A DNA stretch of 64,000 bases from the human T2T-CHM13v2.0 reference genome, Homo sapiens, in assembly GCF_009914755.1 (NCBI RefSeq), contig NC_060938.1; one strand, 5' to 3'. The notes under the pieces are model-generated. The model had not been told where the DNA came from, ran no database searches, and saw only the letters and a list, made by a program, of their open reading frames with translations. The position numbers were made by a program, and so were the translations under genes. Of this stretch, positions 1 through 17,134 are shown piece after piece (positions within the stretch are counted from its first letter, which is position 1; each line of letters begins with the position of its first letter).

Positions 1-896
1 ATGAGCCCCCTAATCCTCTGCAACAAGCTATCCATCCTTTCATGAATGTGGTGTGCAAGGAAGTGAGAAGAACCCAGGATGATACCAGAACAGGACCATA
101 CCTCATTAGCTAAACAATAGAGAGACAAGCCTTATTTTTCTGAGCATACTTATTTGAGAATGTCTAGACCTCTGAGATTGAGTTCTAAGATTAAATTATG
201 CTGATTTTGAACTGCATTAACTCAAGCCTAAAAAGCCAGGCTAATTAGCAAAGCTTCAAAATCTGCATAAATCAGCTAAAGAAATATTTCTTTTCATGCT
301 GTTAACTAATGTATATTTCAAGTAAATATGCAGTGGCCAAATTTGATAAGGTAACAACTGAAGAAAGTCATTAGCTCCAGAATAAAATATATGTATTCAA
401 TTAAAAGTTCTGTCACTATGTCTTTTATTCATCTTTAATTACAGTAGACATTTATAAGCAGAAATAAATAGTGCTATTTCTATTGCTATAGTGTGCTGGT
501 TTTTATTTTGAATCTTGCAATGGCAATTAGCAAGAGCTACAAGTTTCTGACCACCAGATCATTGTTGCTTTTTTTAGACTACTTTGGTTAAAGCCAACAT
601 TTACTGATGCTCAGACGTTTTTGGACATGACAGTTATATCCTGATCGATAGCCAATTCCCCTAAAGTCGTAAGACATAAACCTGTGCTACAGTAAACTTC
701 ACAGAGCAGAGCTTGGGAAATTGGATCTCTAGGAAACCCACAGTGATCACATTTTGGAAGGCCACAGACTCAAAGGTATAATAGACTAGGAAGGCCATAG
801 ACTTTAAGGTATGATAGTGCATTTGACCCTCCCAAAGGGTCTTGTAACCTGAGAAATACCCTATAGTGATAAAAAAAAATCTGAATTCCTCTAAAC

Positions 897-1134
897 CAGT
901 GGTTCTCAAAATGGGTGACTTTGTCCCACAGGGCACAACTGGCAATGTCTAGAAACATAAAAATGTTTCCAAAAGGTTTTCAGAGAGGTGTGCATGCATG
1001 CACATATGTGCTCCTAGCATTTATTGAGTACAGGCCAGGAATGCAGCTGACCACCCTACAAAGCACAGGACAGCTCTCCATTAACAGAATAATCCAGCCC
1101 CAAATGTCAGTAAGACCAAGGCTGAGAAACTCAA
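897..1134 (+). mobile_element. MER20 (hAT-Charlie) DNA transposon
   Basis: cagtggttctcaa...ggcaatgtct...gcacaggacagc...ggctgagaaac resembles the MER20 consensus end to end. Confidence 0.85.
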
Positions 1135-1348
1135 GGGTAAACTGATAAACTGTATACACTTAGTAATACAAAATAAAATATAAAGCAAAAGTTTTGGCTT
1201 AAAAGTGTTTATTCTTTAAGGAGAACAAGGCATAAAAAGTATTGAAATGTGGAGAGAATTAGCATATACAGAGAGGCTCAAACATCAGCAATTTCAAAAA
1301 AACAATAAATTATTCATTTAAATATAAACACCCAACATACTGCCTTAC

Positions 1349-1538
1349 CTGGAATTTCGTTGGCTACAACTGAAGGAGGGCTTGACTGGTTGCTGCTGAT
1401 CTGCTGGTGGCTGATCATGTGACAACACTGTGGCACGGCATTATTGACCATGTAGAGCGTGTCTGGCACATTGGACATTCTAACCATTCGCAAGCGCACA
1501 AGATCCGTTTGTTCCACCATCATCTCATCTAGCACTGA
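1349..1538 (-). CDS. BTBD7: BTBD7 exon 8 (190 nt; SVLDEMMVEQ...VVANEIP)
   Basis: Core of ORF 1314..1535; acceptor atttcag|TCA; donor CCAG|gtaagg; gene continues below position 1. Confidence 0.96.
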
Positions 1539-1913
1539 CTGAAATAATCATTCAGTATTAACAAAACCAGTCAACCTTCCTCTGTTAAATCACATTTGAA
1601 GGAAGACTATTACTTTCATCAAATAAAAAGGGAATTAATTTATTTCTATTTTATAAATGTTAACATTAGTGGTGAAAGAAAGTTCCCCTACATCTTTAAC
1701 TTTTAAAGACTCTTTTAGGAGCATCTTTGAAAAGACACAACCATCTTTTGAAAAGTCTGCTTTTAATTAGAAGTATTTGAAATGTGAAGGAAGGATATAA
1801 AATTAATCAGAAATAAATTACACACAATATTATAATAAAACAATGTATACATGTGCTAAATAACAAATCCAACAAAGTGCTCAAAATACAAAATATTGAA
1901 GATTGATAATCAG

Positions 1914-2210
1914 GGCCGGGCGTGGTGACTCATGCCTGTAATCCCAGCACTTTGGGAGGCTGAGGTGGGTAGATCACCTGAGGTCATGAGTTCAAGACCA
2001 GTCTGGCCAACAAGGTGAAACCCCATCTCTACTAAACATGCACAAATTAGCCAGATGTGGTGGCAGGTGCCTATCATCCCAGCTACTCAGGAGGCTGAGG
2101 CACGAGAACTGCTTGAACTCGGGAGGAGAAGGTTGTAGTAAGCTGAGATCTCACTGCGGCACTCCAGCCTGGATGACAAGAGTGAAACTCCGTCTTAAAA
2201 AAAAAAAAAA
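1914..2210 (+). mobile_element. AluS
   Basis: Full dimer, poly(A) tail, TSD aagattgataatca on both sides. Confidence 0.95.
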
Positions 2211-2274
2211 GATTGATAATCAATTCAAGAGACTTAGAAATAAACCAAATTTTCTTTTTTGAAGAAAAAAGAAA

Positions 2275-2930
2275 AATGTTGCCTGGGCTGGAGTGCAGTG
2301 GTGCCATCATGGCTCATTGCAGTCTTGACCTCCCAGGCTCAAGCAACCCTCCTACTTCAAGCCTCCTGCATAGCTGGGACTACAACAGTACACCACCACG
2401 CCTGGCTAGTTTTTTTTTTTTTTAATTTATCTTTATTTTTTGTAGAGACAGGGTCTCACTAGGTTGCCCAGGCTGCTCTTGAACTCCTGGACTCAAGTGA
2501 TCTTCCTGCTTCAGCCTCCCAAAGTGCTGAGATTACAGGTGTAAGCCACCATGCCTGGTTTAAAAATGAGAAACATTTTGAGGCAACTTGATTGTATACT
2601 CATTGAGTATACACACTGTTTTGTCTGTTAAATTTACTTCAGAAAGCTTAATAAGGATTTCCTGCTTTCAAAGACTGTCAGTTCCTCAAAAGGCCAAAGT
2701 TTTTTTGTTTTTTGTTTTTTTTTTGAAGACTGGTTCTTACTCTGTCGCCCAGGTTGGAGTGCAGTGGCACAATCACGGCTCACTGTGCAGCCTTTGCCTC
2801 CCAGGCTCAGGTGATTCTCCTAAATCAGTCTCCTGAGTAGCAGAAATCAGGGTGCACGCCACCACAACTGGCTAAATTTTTCCTTTTAGTTTTTGGTAGA
2901 GTTGGGGTTTTACCATGTTGCCCAGGATGG
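2275..2930 (-). mobile_element. Two AluJ-like elements (about 2275-2559 and 2700-2930)
   Basis: Reverse Alu motifs ggctggagtgcagtgg and cccaaagtgctg; diverged. Confidence 0.88.
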
Positions 2931-3532
2931 ACCCCGGAAAGTTCTTATGGCTGAACATCTAATAAAAATTAGATGTTTCATTTTCACATTACCGTATTTT
3001 CTGGGACAGTTCTTTATGTTACAATATACATAATGCGAACTAGTTACTTAACAGGCCTGAAATTTTTTCTTAGTTTGTGCATTTATTCTAAAACTAAACA
3101 TAATTCCCAACAGTCAGCTATTGCAGAAATATGTTACAAGAGGTCGTGGCATTCCTTTAATTTAGGAAGGAAGTAAAAAAGTGGGCAATCTTCTTTCAGA
3201 ACATTTCCCTCATGCTCAAGATCACAAAATAGTGACAACCATTTTCAGTAAGTGGTAACAATTTGCAAGGCAGTTAACAATTTGCAAGGCAACTAAAATG
3301 AGAAAAATATAAAATGCATTTTAACATAACCTAAGTTTTAAAAACATGCTTAATTAAAATTAAACGTTTTAGAAAACTATTCTGTTGAGTAGTCAAACTA
3401 GAACTTACTTTCATTTTCCCTATTGTTGAAAATATAGGCTATTTCCAAATATTTAAGTAATACTACAGTGAACCACTTTGTGCATATGGTTTGTAATAAA
3501 GTAGTCTACTATCTTCAAATGGTTTTCATTAC

Positions 3533-3676
3533 CTTTGCTTCTTCCACATAGGGAGAGAAGAGTCGAGGACGAACATAGATGCCAGCATTTTTTTGCCGTA
3601 ACCAGGCATTTGACTTCCCACCTTCTGTTGTAGGAAGCATATCTGATGGAGGAGTACTAATCAAGCCTCTTTTCAT
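3533..3676 (-). CDS. BTBD7: BTBD7 exon 7 (144 nt; MKRGLISTPPSD...PYVEEAK)
   Basis: Acceptor ttttttttag|ATG; donor AAG|gtaatg; phase 0-0. Confidence 0.96.
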
Positions 3677-3811
3677 CTAAAAAAAAATTTTTTTTTTAGA
3701 TAGAAATCTGTGTAGTACTACAATACTACTAAGATAAATAAAAATATTTATAACTATAAATAAAAATATGCAAACTTTATCATTTAAATAAAAATTTAGA
3801 AATGTATATGA

Positions 3812-4121
<310 letters not shown>

Positions 4122-4404
4122 GAAATACCTCAAATTTTTAATAATATTTAAAAGATTTTCAATAAAAAGATACCATAATTTCCCATTTTTCTCTAAATAG
4201 AGGAATATTTTTAAAAACGAGACACATTAATTAAAATGTAGTTAAGTTGGACTAAAGATCAGAACTCTTAATGAAAACCAATTTTTTTTCTTTACTCATC
4301 TAGGAACAAATTCAGTCCCCACCCAACTCCTCAAGACAAAACGAGAACATTGACATGGGCCTATATCTACAGTACAAGGATACAGGAAGGCTAGCACAGT
4401 GCCT

Positions 4405-4770
4405 AGCAACACAGGCTCTGGGGCAAGGCAGATGTAGCTCAAACTTCAACTCCTGCATTTAACAGCCATGTGACCATGGACATCTCCTTTACCTGGGCTT
4501 CACTTTAAGGGCTCCTGTATGGCTCTGGAGGCAAGGCAGTGCACAGCTAACTGAATGAGGTATCCCTGTTGTTTCCTGACTGATGCCAGGAGAATCTGTA
4601 TCAAGTATCTTTAGTTCCTAAGGTGGTGTGAGGATTAAATGAGGGCAATGCAGATGAAAGCACCTAGTACAGTGCTTAGCACATACTAAGAGAGCATGAA
4701 AGTTAAGAGTCATTGTTAGCAAACCTTTGTTGGGGACTTACGATGTGTTAGGCACGGAGTTAAGAGCAGA
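4405..4770 (+). mobile_element. Interrupted MIR plus L2-like fragment
   Basis: gtgaggattaaatgag...aagcacctagtacagtgcttagcacata is a MIR 3' core. Confidence 0.6.
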
Positions 4771-4962
4771 GGTATATATTTCCTAACCAAAGTTCTAAAA
4801 TACTTTTCTAAACTACATACAGGGTTCAATTTGATTTGAGTCCCAGGTTTTAAACAAAACCAAAAGTTGTTTCTCCAATATTACTCTCATTAAATATAAT
4901 CAACAGCTTCATTAGTTAAAATTACTTTTAACTAGTAAAATACAGCATTATCTAGTATTTAG

Positions 4963-5811
<849 letters not shown>

Positions 5812-5857
5812 TAGTGAGGGTGAATTTTTTTTTCTAATCAGAATCCACAAATATTTC

Positions 5858-5942
5858 TTTTTTTAAGTTTTGTTTTTATTTATTTTTATTACTGCTCCTT
5901 GTGGAGCAGGGCTACCCCATAGGCAGTATGCCCAGAGTAGCC
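5858..5942 (-). mobile_element. About 52-nt retroposed LTR-R-like fragment with A-rich tail and TSD
   Basis: Minus strand GGCTACTCTGGGCATACTGCCTATGGGGTAGCCCTGCTCCACAAGGAGCAGT plus A-rich tail; flanks cacaaatatttctt / cataaatacttctt. Resembles the R segment of MER41/MER4-group ERV1 LTRs (family uncertain). Confidence 0.65.
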
Positions 5943-6268
5943 CATAAATACTTCTTGAAAACAATATTGTTTTCTTCTAGTTCTTCCATGTTTCCATTTA
6001 GTATTTAATTCTTCAGTCTAACAAGGATTAATTTTGTGTGCCAGTGAAACGATGGTTTAACTTTCAATAAATTTCTTCTTCTGCTAATCAGTTAATCTAG
6101 CACCACATTGACTTGTGATAGTTCGTTTATTATTATGTTTTGTTTTTTTTCCAGAAGACTTTTATAATGTTTTATAATGTTCCTGTGCAGTTAGAAAAAA
6201 CATATTATGATGTTTATAAGCATTACATTAAGTTTATAAGTCAATGTGTGAAGAACTAATATTTATAA

Positions 6269-6635
<367 letters not shown>

Positions 6636-7080
6636 TAAAAAATTATGAAAGTAACAAGATGAGCTCTATTAATTTTCAGGTCCATCCATTCTTTTTCTAT
6701 TCAACCAATCCCTCCACTCCACTACTCTCTGATTCACTGCTGTTCTTGAAGACTCTTCAAAGGTAATTTCTACCTTTCCCTTTTTGAATAAGGGTCTACT
6801 TGATCTACACTTAAATGACAGAATTAACTCTGCTAGAAATAATGCTCTTGCATGAGTAAGACCTATTTACCCACTCAACTCTCATTCACTGAACATTTTA
6901 ACTGTATTATGTGGAAGACACAGGAGATACAACATCGTACACAATAGACATCTGTCTCTGTCCTCACAGAATTACAGCTTCACAATACTCTATTAGTAGC
7001 AGAAATTATTTACAATGAATAAAAACATACACCTGGCATTTTTCTTTTCATGAAAGGAATACATGGAGAAAAACACTTAC

Positions 7081-7241
7081 TGCATCACTTAAGACTTCAC
7101 TGTTTATAGGTAAGATGTGTTCAATTCGCACAAAAGGTAAGAGAGAAGAAAGGATCTCTCTGAGCTCTTCCATGTCCAGGTCCCGTCTTTTTACACCTCT
7201 TTTGTTCACACTATGGGCAGTGCCACTCAGTAAGTTTGGCT
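7081..7241 (-). CDS. BTBD7: BTBD7 exon 6 (161 nt; EPNLLSGTAHSV...SEVLSDA)
   Basis: Acceptor ttttctgtctcatag|AG; donor GCA|gtaagt; open and phase-compatible with its neighbours. Confidence 0.96.
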
Positions 7242-8087
7242 CTATGAGACAGAAAATGAAAAGTTTCCAACCAAATCCAAATGTTCTGAGACAGGTTTCC
7301 TTTGTTCTCTAGTACATACACTAACAGTACCACTCTATAGACTTATGTGCCTCTGCTTTAAAAAGGGTTATAAATCAATTATTTTCTTTCATGTTTGTTT
7401 AATAGGGATGTTCTTGGATAAAGAAAAAGCATGGTATCAACAGTACATTAAAATTATTTTATCACTGCTCTGCAATAAAGAATAAAGGATTCCTTTCTAT
7501 AGACTAACTCAAAAGAGAAAAGATGACAATCTACTAAAATCTAGTTTTATCAAGGGCTTTTTAAAAAGCCTTCTCACTTTTGTGACCAGTGTTTAGTAGT
7601 ATAAGGTCATTGTAGAGCATATGCCATTTCTGGTCACTGTAAGTTATCAGTATGCTCATTAGCCTACATATGTGTAACAGTAATTTAACAACATGTTAAT
7701 CACTTGGTGTTTGAAGCAGCAAAGCATAATGTGCTTTATTTGGTTTTAAGATTTTTATGAAAATCTCCCAAATTTCCATAATATGGGAACATTACTGCAT
7801 AAAAGTAGACCCTTTGATCTTTGACATGTAATATATGTCCATCATCCAAGGCAGAGAATGATTTCTTCATTGGGCATTAGTGAACAACAATCTGAAATAC
7901 ATGTATGCTTATGCTATTGAGGTGGGAAGAAAAATTATGTAATTTGGAAATCTTTAATCATGGCTTTAATCTAGGGGTCTGTAATTTTTTTCTTAAAAAA
8001 ATTAACACAGAATAAGATCTTTATTATTCATGAAATGCTGGATTTTTTTCAAATATTCTACAGGAAAACTGGTATCTTCCTTAAATC

Positions 8088-8126
8088 GTGTGTGTGTGTG
8101 TGTGTGTATGAGAGAGAGAGAGAGAG
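8088..8126. repeat. Compound (TG)n(AG)n microsatellite
   Basis: Directly visible. Confidence 0.95.
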
Positions 8127-8375
8127 AATTGATTGTTTTTGAGAAGCTAAGTTTTTTTCTGGATTCATTCAGAATAAAATTGTTAACTGTGTAGAAAAGA
8201 GTCATTTTTTTCCCCCTTGCCTAGCTATGATTTAGCTTCATACTTATTTAAGGCATTCTGCTTTTCAAAATATTTTTTTTTCTTAAAGTAGTGACATCCT
8301 GTTTTCATATAAAATCTTACATGAAACCCCCAAATATGTGACAGGTAAGGGCAGAATCCTCCTGTATAAAACTGA

Positions 8376-8805
<430 letters not shown>

Positions 8806-8913
8806 TAACAGGCAGATGCCTGTTATCTGCCCCAAATAAATGACATTTCATCATTACCAACTTTACATCACTGAACAAGCTTATGGTCTATAACATTTAC
8901 ACAGAGTTATATA

Positions 8914-9514
8914 CAATCGGTTCTTATTATCTGAAGTAGTTATAAAGTCAACACAAACAATGAATCAGCATATACTGAACTGTTGCTCATAGGGAAAACA
9001 CAGGGTTAGGTTCCTGTGAACCTCTGGGTACAACATTTTTGTCCAATGATTAAGACAGAACCTTGTTTTATGTGTTTCTGTTTAAAGACACTTTATTTAA
9101 TATATGTGGCTGATTTATTAACACTAACCTCACAACCAACAGCACTGTAACTCACGCCTGAATGAAGCTTACCTAACTCATGTATTATCTCTGTATGGCA
9201 CACCACAGCCTTCCTGTTCTCAGGAACACTAGACAGCACTTCAGTACTACACCTGGGGGCCATCTTGAACAGTGAGATCACGAAAACATAAAAATGTAAA
9301 AAATGTGGCACTTGGTAAGGAGATCTGAAACAAGAAGGCAGAGTGCCTCTGTCTTGTTAGAACTCAGCTGGGAATGTGCTTGTTGGGAGACCAAGCTTTT
9401 TGCTACTCCGTGAATGACCATGAAAGTATCACCAGTATTGATTTTGGGGTTACAAATAAATTTCAGTGACTAGGTAAGTTGACAAATATAAAAGCTACGA
9501 ATGAGAACTAATTG
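8914..9514 (-). mobile_element. MER82-like TcMar-Tigger DNA transposon
   Basis: TA at both flanks; degenerate TIRs caatcggttcttatt / atgagaactaattg; internal ctgaaacaagaaggcagag and agtattgattttggggttacaaataaattt. Confidence 0.8.
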
Positions 9515-9561
9515 TATGCTGGCATTTAAAAAACTTTCTAAATCAACTGTAATGGTTTTCA

Positions 9562-9879
<318 letters not shown>

Positions 9880-10384
9880 TTAAAAATAAAAATAAACACA
9901 TTCAAATCTGAGAATTGCTAAAGGTTTTTGCCAGCCACAGAAAAAAAATTGGAGAAATAAAATAGAAGGACTGCTTTTGTTCCCTAGAGCTTGGATAGTA
10001 GCATATTAAAGAAACACTATAAAAAGGCTTAAAGGCAGGTTTAGCACAACATTTTTTATATTTAAAAATGTGACAAAACAACTCTATAAAGGTACTAAAA
10101 TCCACTGACTTGAACACTTCAAACCGGTGAACTTTAAGATACATAAATTATATCTAAATAAAACTATCGAAAGGTGACAGAAAAAGGAAATTGGTATTTA
10201 ATTTTTCAATTAAAAATTTTAAATTTAGATTCAGTACATAAAGGAATACAACGATGTTTGAGGGAAGGAGGACAGGTGGGTGGGCTAACCCTACACACAA
10301 ACAAAAGACTGCTGTAGAATCACAAATTTCCAAAGTTGAAAGCCCAGCCTCCAACATATGATGCTTCCTTCTCTTCTGCAGTGA

Positions 10385-11036
<652 letters not shown>

Positions 11037-11485
11037 TGAGGTTAAAATTCACATAACACAAAATTTATTTAAAACATTTTAAAGCGTACCATTCAGTGGC
11101 TCTTACTATACTTGTATTGTTGTGCAACCATCAACACTAATTCCAAATTTTCATCAACATTATGCTTTTGTAATACTTTAGTCATTATATGAAATTATAT
11201 GAAATTTTTCATTCTAGTACTTCCACGAATCAGTCATGTTTTATTAAGCACCTAAGAACATAATAATAAAAAGTATCCTTTTAAAGCTGCAAAATAAGAC
11301 TTTCTGATATATTTATTTTAATAAACTATACCCTGTCCACTAAAGGATTTTGCTGGTGGTAAAAACTTCCATTTTCACCAGGCAACAGTGTCAATTTTCA
11401 AGACTGATGTGCGGCATGCATTTCTATATAAGAACCACCAAATTTTACACAAGGTAACTAGTGCAAGCTAATTTTCGGAGCTTAC

Positions 11486-11561
11486 CTCTATCTGCTATTC
11501 TTTTCATCAACTGATGCTCTCCCCATTTAATCAGATATTTAAGGATATCTTGTTCACTTGC
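11486..11561 (-). CDS. BTBD7: BTBD7 exon 5 (76 nt; ASEQDILKYLIKWGEHQLMKRIADR-E)
   Basis: Acceptor ttttttattatag|GCA; donor AGAG|gtaagc; BACK-type SE..IL..LIKW motif. Confidence 0.96.
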
Positions 11562-11859
11562 CTATAATAAAAAATGGTTTATATTTATTTTAGTGAAATT
11601 AGATAAGTGGTTAATTTCATTAAGGACTTTTCGTAGGTGGGAAATAACAGCATGCAACTTACCATGTTTCACTCTTTCCATTGGCTGTTTGAAGTTTTAG
11701 TGTTAAATCTGTGGTCCATCAACAGGAAATATACAAGACTGCATTACATATATTTTATCCAGTAACCTCAATCTTGGCTCCAACTAATTTTTAAATTTCA
11801 TTTCTATCTTCTTTTTCTGTAATCTGCTCCCTTCCTATTTTATTTTTTCATTTTAATTT

Positions 11860-12365
<506 letters not shown>

Positions 12366-13667
12366 CACTTCCTATTTTAAATTTATTTTATCTTACTATG
12401 TGGTTTCTATATAGCTGCCTTAAATTCTCTTTTGGAAGAAAACAGAGATAAGTAAATGAAAGTGTAAGTATAGGGTATAGGCAGAGTAACTACTCTCTCC
12501 TGGAGGGACAGGAAAAACAAGTCAGTCAACTTGTTTTGGCAGAAGAAACTACAATCTCTACAAGGTATTCTACTGGTTAGTGAAGCACAATCTGTGAAAT
12601 GGCAATGTAGCCCTCATTTCTTTGTATTTTATTTAAAATCTTAGAGCAAATCTAGGCTGCTCTCTGTTTTTTTTTTTTTAATACTTTCTAAGAAGGAATG
12701 CAAAGCTCCTAAAGACAATAATCTAAGAGAACTAACAACTTCTAACACAAACAAAAAGCGTCCAGTTTTGATCAGGACAATGAGACAAGGTTAATGAACA
12801 AAGATTCTCCATAAATCAAGCCCAAGTATGCCATCTGTACTGCAATCAAAGCAACATACAAAGGAAAAGCACAGATGCTGAGTGTATTATTTAACTCTCC
12901 ACTGCATTTCTGACTAAAATGGTAGCATTTTATTATTTTTCTAGTACAAATACAAAGAAATAGGAAGTGGTTCAATGGGTTTATGTCTTTAATAGCATTA
13001 AAACGGTTGTACAGTTTTTAGCATAAAATTCATATAGCCAATGCACAAAAATTAAGCTTGGATATACTTTGCCTGTAAGTATTTTCTGTAATGTATAAAA
13101 TCTATTATTAATGTAAATTTCCAAATTAAATTGACATTTAAGTCAAGAACACAAGAATTTGCTAAAAACTACTTCTGGTTAAAAATAAGTAGTTGAAAAC
13201 ATTACCGTACTTTGGAAGAATACATGCACTGAGTTTTGATAAAAATGTGAGCAGATCAGAAATTGAATATTATTTTTACTTTGTGCTGCTGAAGCTACTG
13301 TCTTACAATCTAAGTATGTGATGCTCCACCAAAAGTAAGAAACCACTATAGAGAAGCTACATTAATAGAAGTCAAGAAAATCATGTTGGGATGTGCTTCT
13401 GACCTTGCCTACTGCCCCAATCTCTTTTTGGTGCATTTGGCTGGGACCTGGGCTTGTTCAATGTTGAGTCATGGTAGCAGTGTACATGAAGAGCCAGTGA
13501 GCCAGAAGGCTTTTGTTGTACAACTATGAAGAGGGCAGTCCTGGGTGGTTTGATCACAGCCTGTTTCTCTTCCCCTGCCCTACCCTAGATGGAAGAGTAA
13601 TAGAGCATAGATGGGTTTCTTGGCGCACATATGAATGACAGAGTTTGAGAGGTGTTTAAATGATTAC

Positions 13668-13876
13668 CTGTAGGTAGTCAGACTGGATAGCAGTAAGCAG
13701 ATGGTCTTTGCTGAGTTCATAAAAAACATCCGAAGTCATGACCTGGGAAAATTCCTCACAGAGGAAATGTAAAGCTTGTCGGTGCACCCATTTAGAGCCA
13801 TATGGATGAGAACTCCACTTGAGGATGGCAATTAAGGTATCTAATGAGATGCTCTCAGCAATGATATCCTCACAGC
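13668..13876 (-). CDS. BTBD7: BTBD7 exon 4 (209 nt), start of the BACK-like region (GCEDIIAES...QSDYLQ)
   Basis: Core of ORF 13656..13913; acceptor ctcttttag|GC; donor CAG|gtaatc; in frame with exon 3. Confidence 0.97.
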
Positions 13877-14701
13877 CTAAAAGAGAAGGCAAATACTTCT
13901 TGAGATTAATCATAAATATTACTTATTGAACATTAGTGTGCTAGGCACGATATTTAAAAGTCACAATAGCAAAAAAGAACTCAAGGAGATAAATAAAATC
14001 TCATGAAAATCACCAAGACTTGGTGGGATGGGTAAACAATAGACTATGGCATCTATAGAAAATCTGCTGCCTTACAGAGATGGATCTACAGAAAAAGGCA
14101 GAGAATCCTCCCAAGTTCAAGATAATAAACATCTATGTGCAAACCAATAATGTGAGTAAGTCAGTATAGAGGAAGACATTGGACCAAAAGGGAAAGAAGA
14201 GTAGGCAAAAAGGCTGCAGTGGTGGAAACTGGCTAGAGGAAGGAAGTGGATGACACCTGACTGATGAGAGAATGCACACCTCAGAATAAGGTAGGTGGGC
14301 TGCCAGCTATGCAGACATCCACTCTTTGTATGAAAACATAGCACCTTGCATTGTTGACAGTTTAATCCTTCAGAAAATAGACAAAATACATCTGAGCTTA
14401 ATTCTGGCAAACTTGAAAAAGTAAGTGAAGAGGACCAGGATCCTGGAGAAAGCAACTATGGCATTTCAAGAACTCAAGGAAGAAAAGAAAACCTAAGGAG
14501 ACTCAACTCTCCTCCTTAGGAAAGTTCATTTCAAAATATAAAGATAAAATATAAGTAAAAATCTGAGTGACAAAGATTATGGGAGTGAGAATGGCTAAAG
14601 TTGAACAGAAATTTTTCATTAAGCTTACTATAAAACAAAAAACAATCCTGATAATGTGAAAACAAACAAACAAACAAACAGGTGTTTAAACACCACCACC
14701 A

Positions 14702-15015
<314 letters not shown>

Positions 15016-15409
15016 CTATGGCTACACAGAAAGGGCGTAAATAAACTCCAGAGACTTCTAAAGTTCAAAGCTGTTTGTGAAACCATGAAAGGTGTAAAGA
15101 TAAAGGGAGTGAATCCCACTTTCAAGTGATAGAAGATAATGAGTAGCAATATGGAGTCTACAAAAAGTAATCCCTCATTCCCCTTTCTGATACGCTACCA
15201 GATGAGGAGAAATATCATAGAGAACCGTATAACTTCATTTCCACAAAGCATTTAGAAAATATTTCATGATGCTGCTAAACTGTAAGCACCACAAGATAGG
15301 GACGGCTATCTTCAATGTATTCCTAGCACCTTCTCGCACATGTGCTAAACCTGTGCTAAATAAAAATGTGTTGAATGTACAAATGAGATCTTTGCAGATA
15401 ACATGAAGA

Positions 15410-16620
<1,211 letters not shown>

Positions 16621-17134
16621 AAAGACAAAACCGTTTCTATAAGATGGTAACAGAGCAAATAAAAGATGTCTTTATTCCAAGCACTAAAAGAATATCCCTA
16701 TAAGGAACACAATGAGACCACCACATTTATATCCACATATAGATGACACCCAAAGGCGTGAAGATGTGCTAATGAGAAGTGGGAAATATGGGAAAGTTTT
16801 CAACAGTCGTCATTTTATGACGAGCCTTTGAGCCTTGAACACCAAGCTGAGGAGGACAGACCTCATTCAGTAGCCAGTGGAGGACCTCTGTTGGCCTGTT
16901 GTTTTAAAGTGGGCATTGGAATAGAATTGAGTGGGATGAGTTAATCTGATAGGAAAGGCAATCTCATAGATGTGTTTGGGAGTGAAGCAGGGGAAATGAG
17001 AGAAAAGCTGGTTATTTAAAATGATGTGTCACAATCCTACTAAACCAGGATACTGGCAGAGGTGAAGAAAAAGAATGAAAGATAACATGATCACAAATAT
17101 TTAAACTGCTGAGGTTTACAAAGCAGCAGGATAC

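Noticed and set aside
3255-3291. Tandem taacaatttgcaaggca x2 (also short duplications near 6161 and 11186)
   Set aside because: Ordinary two-copy slippage duplications; not array- or CRISPR-like.
3664-3677. 14-nt identity GATGAAAAGAGGCT between the exon 7 start and the exon 2 uORF2 start
   Set aside because: Several 14-mer matches are expected by chance in 64 kb, and there is no extension.
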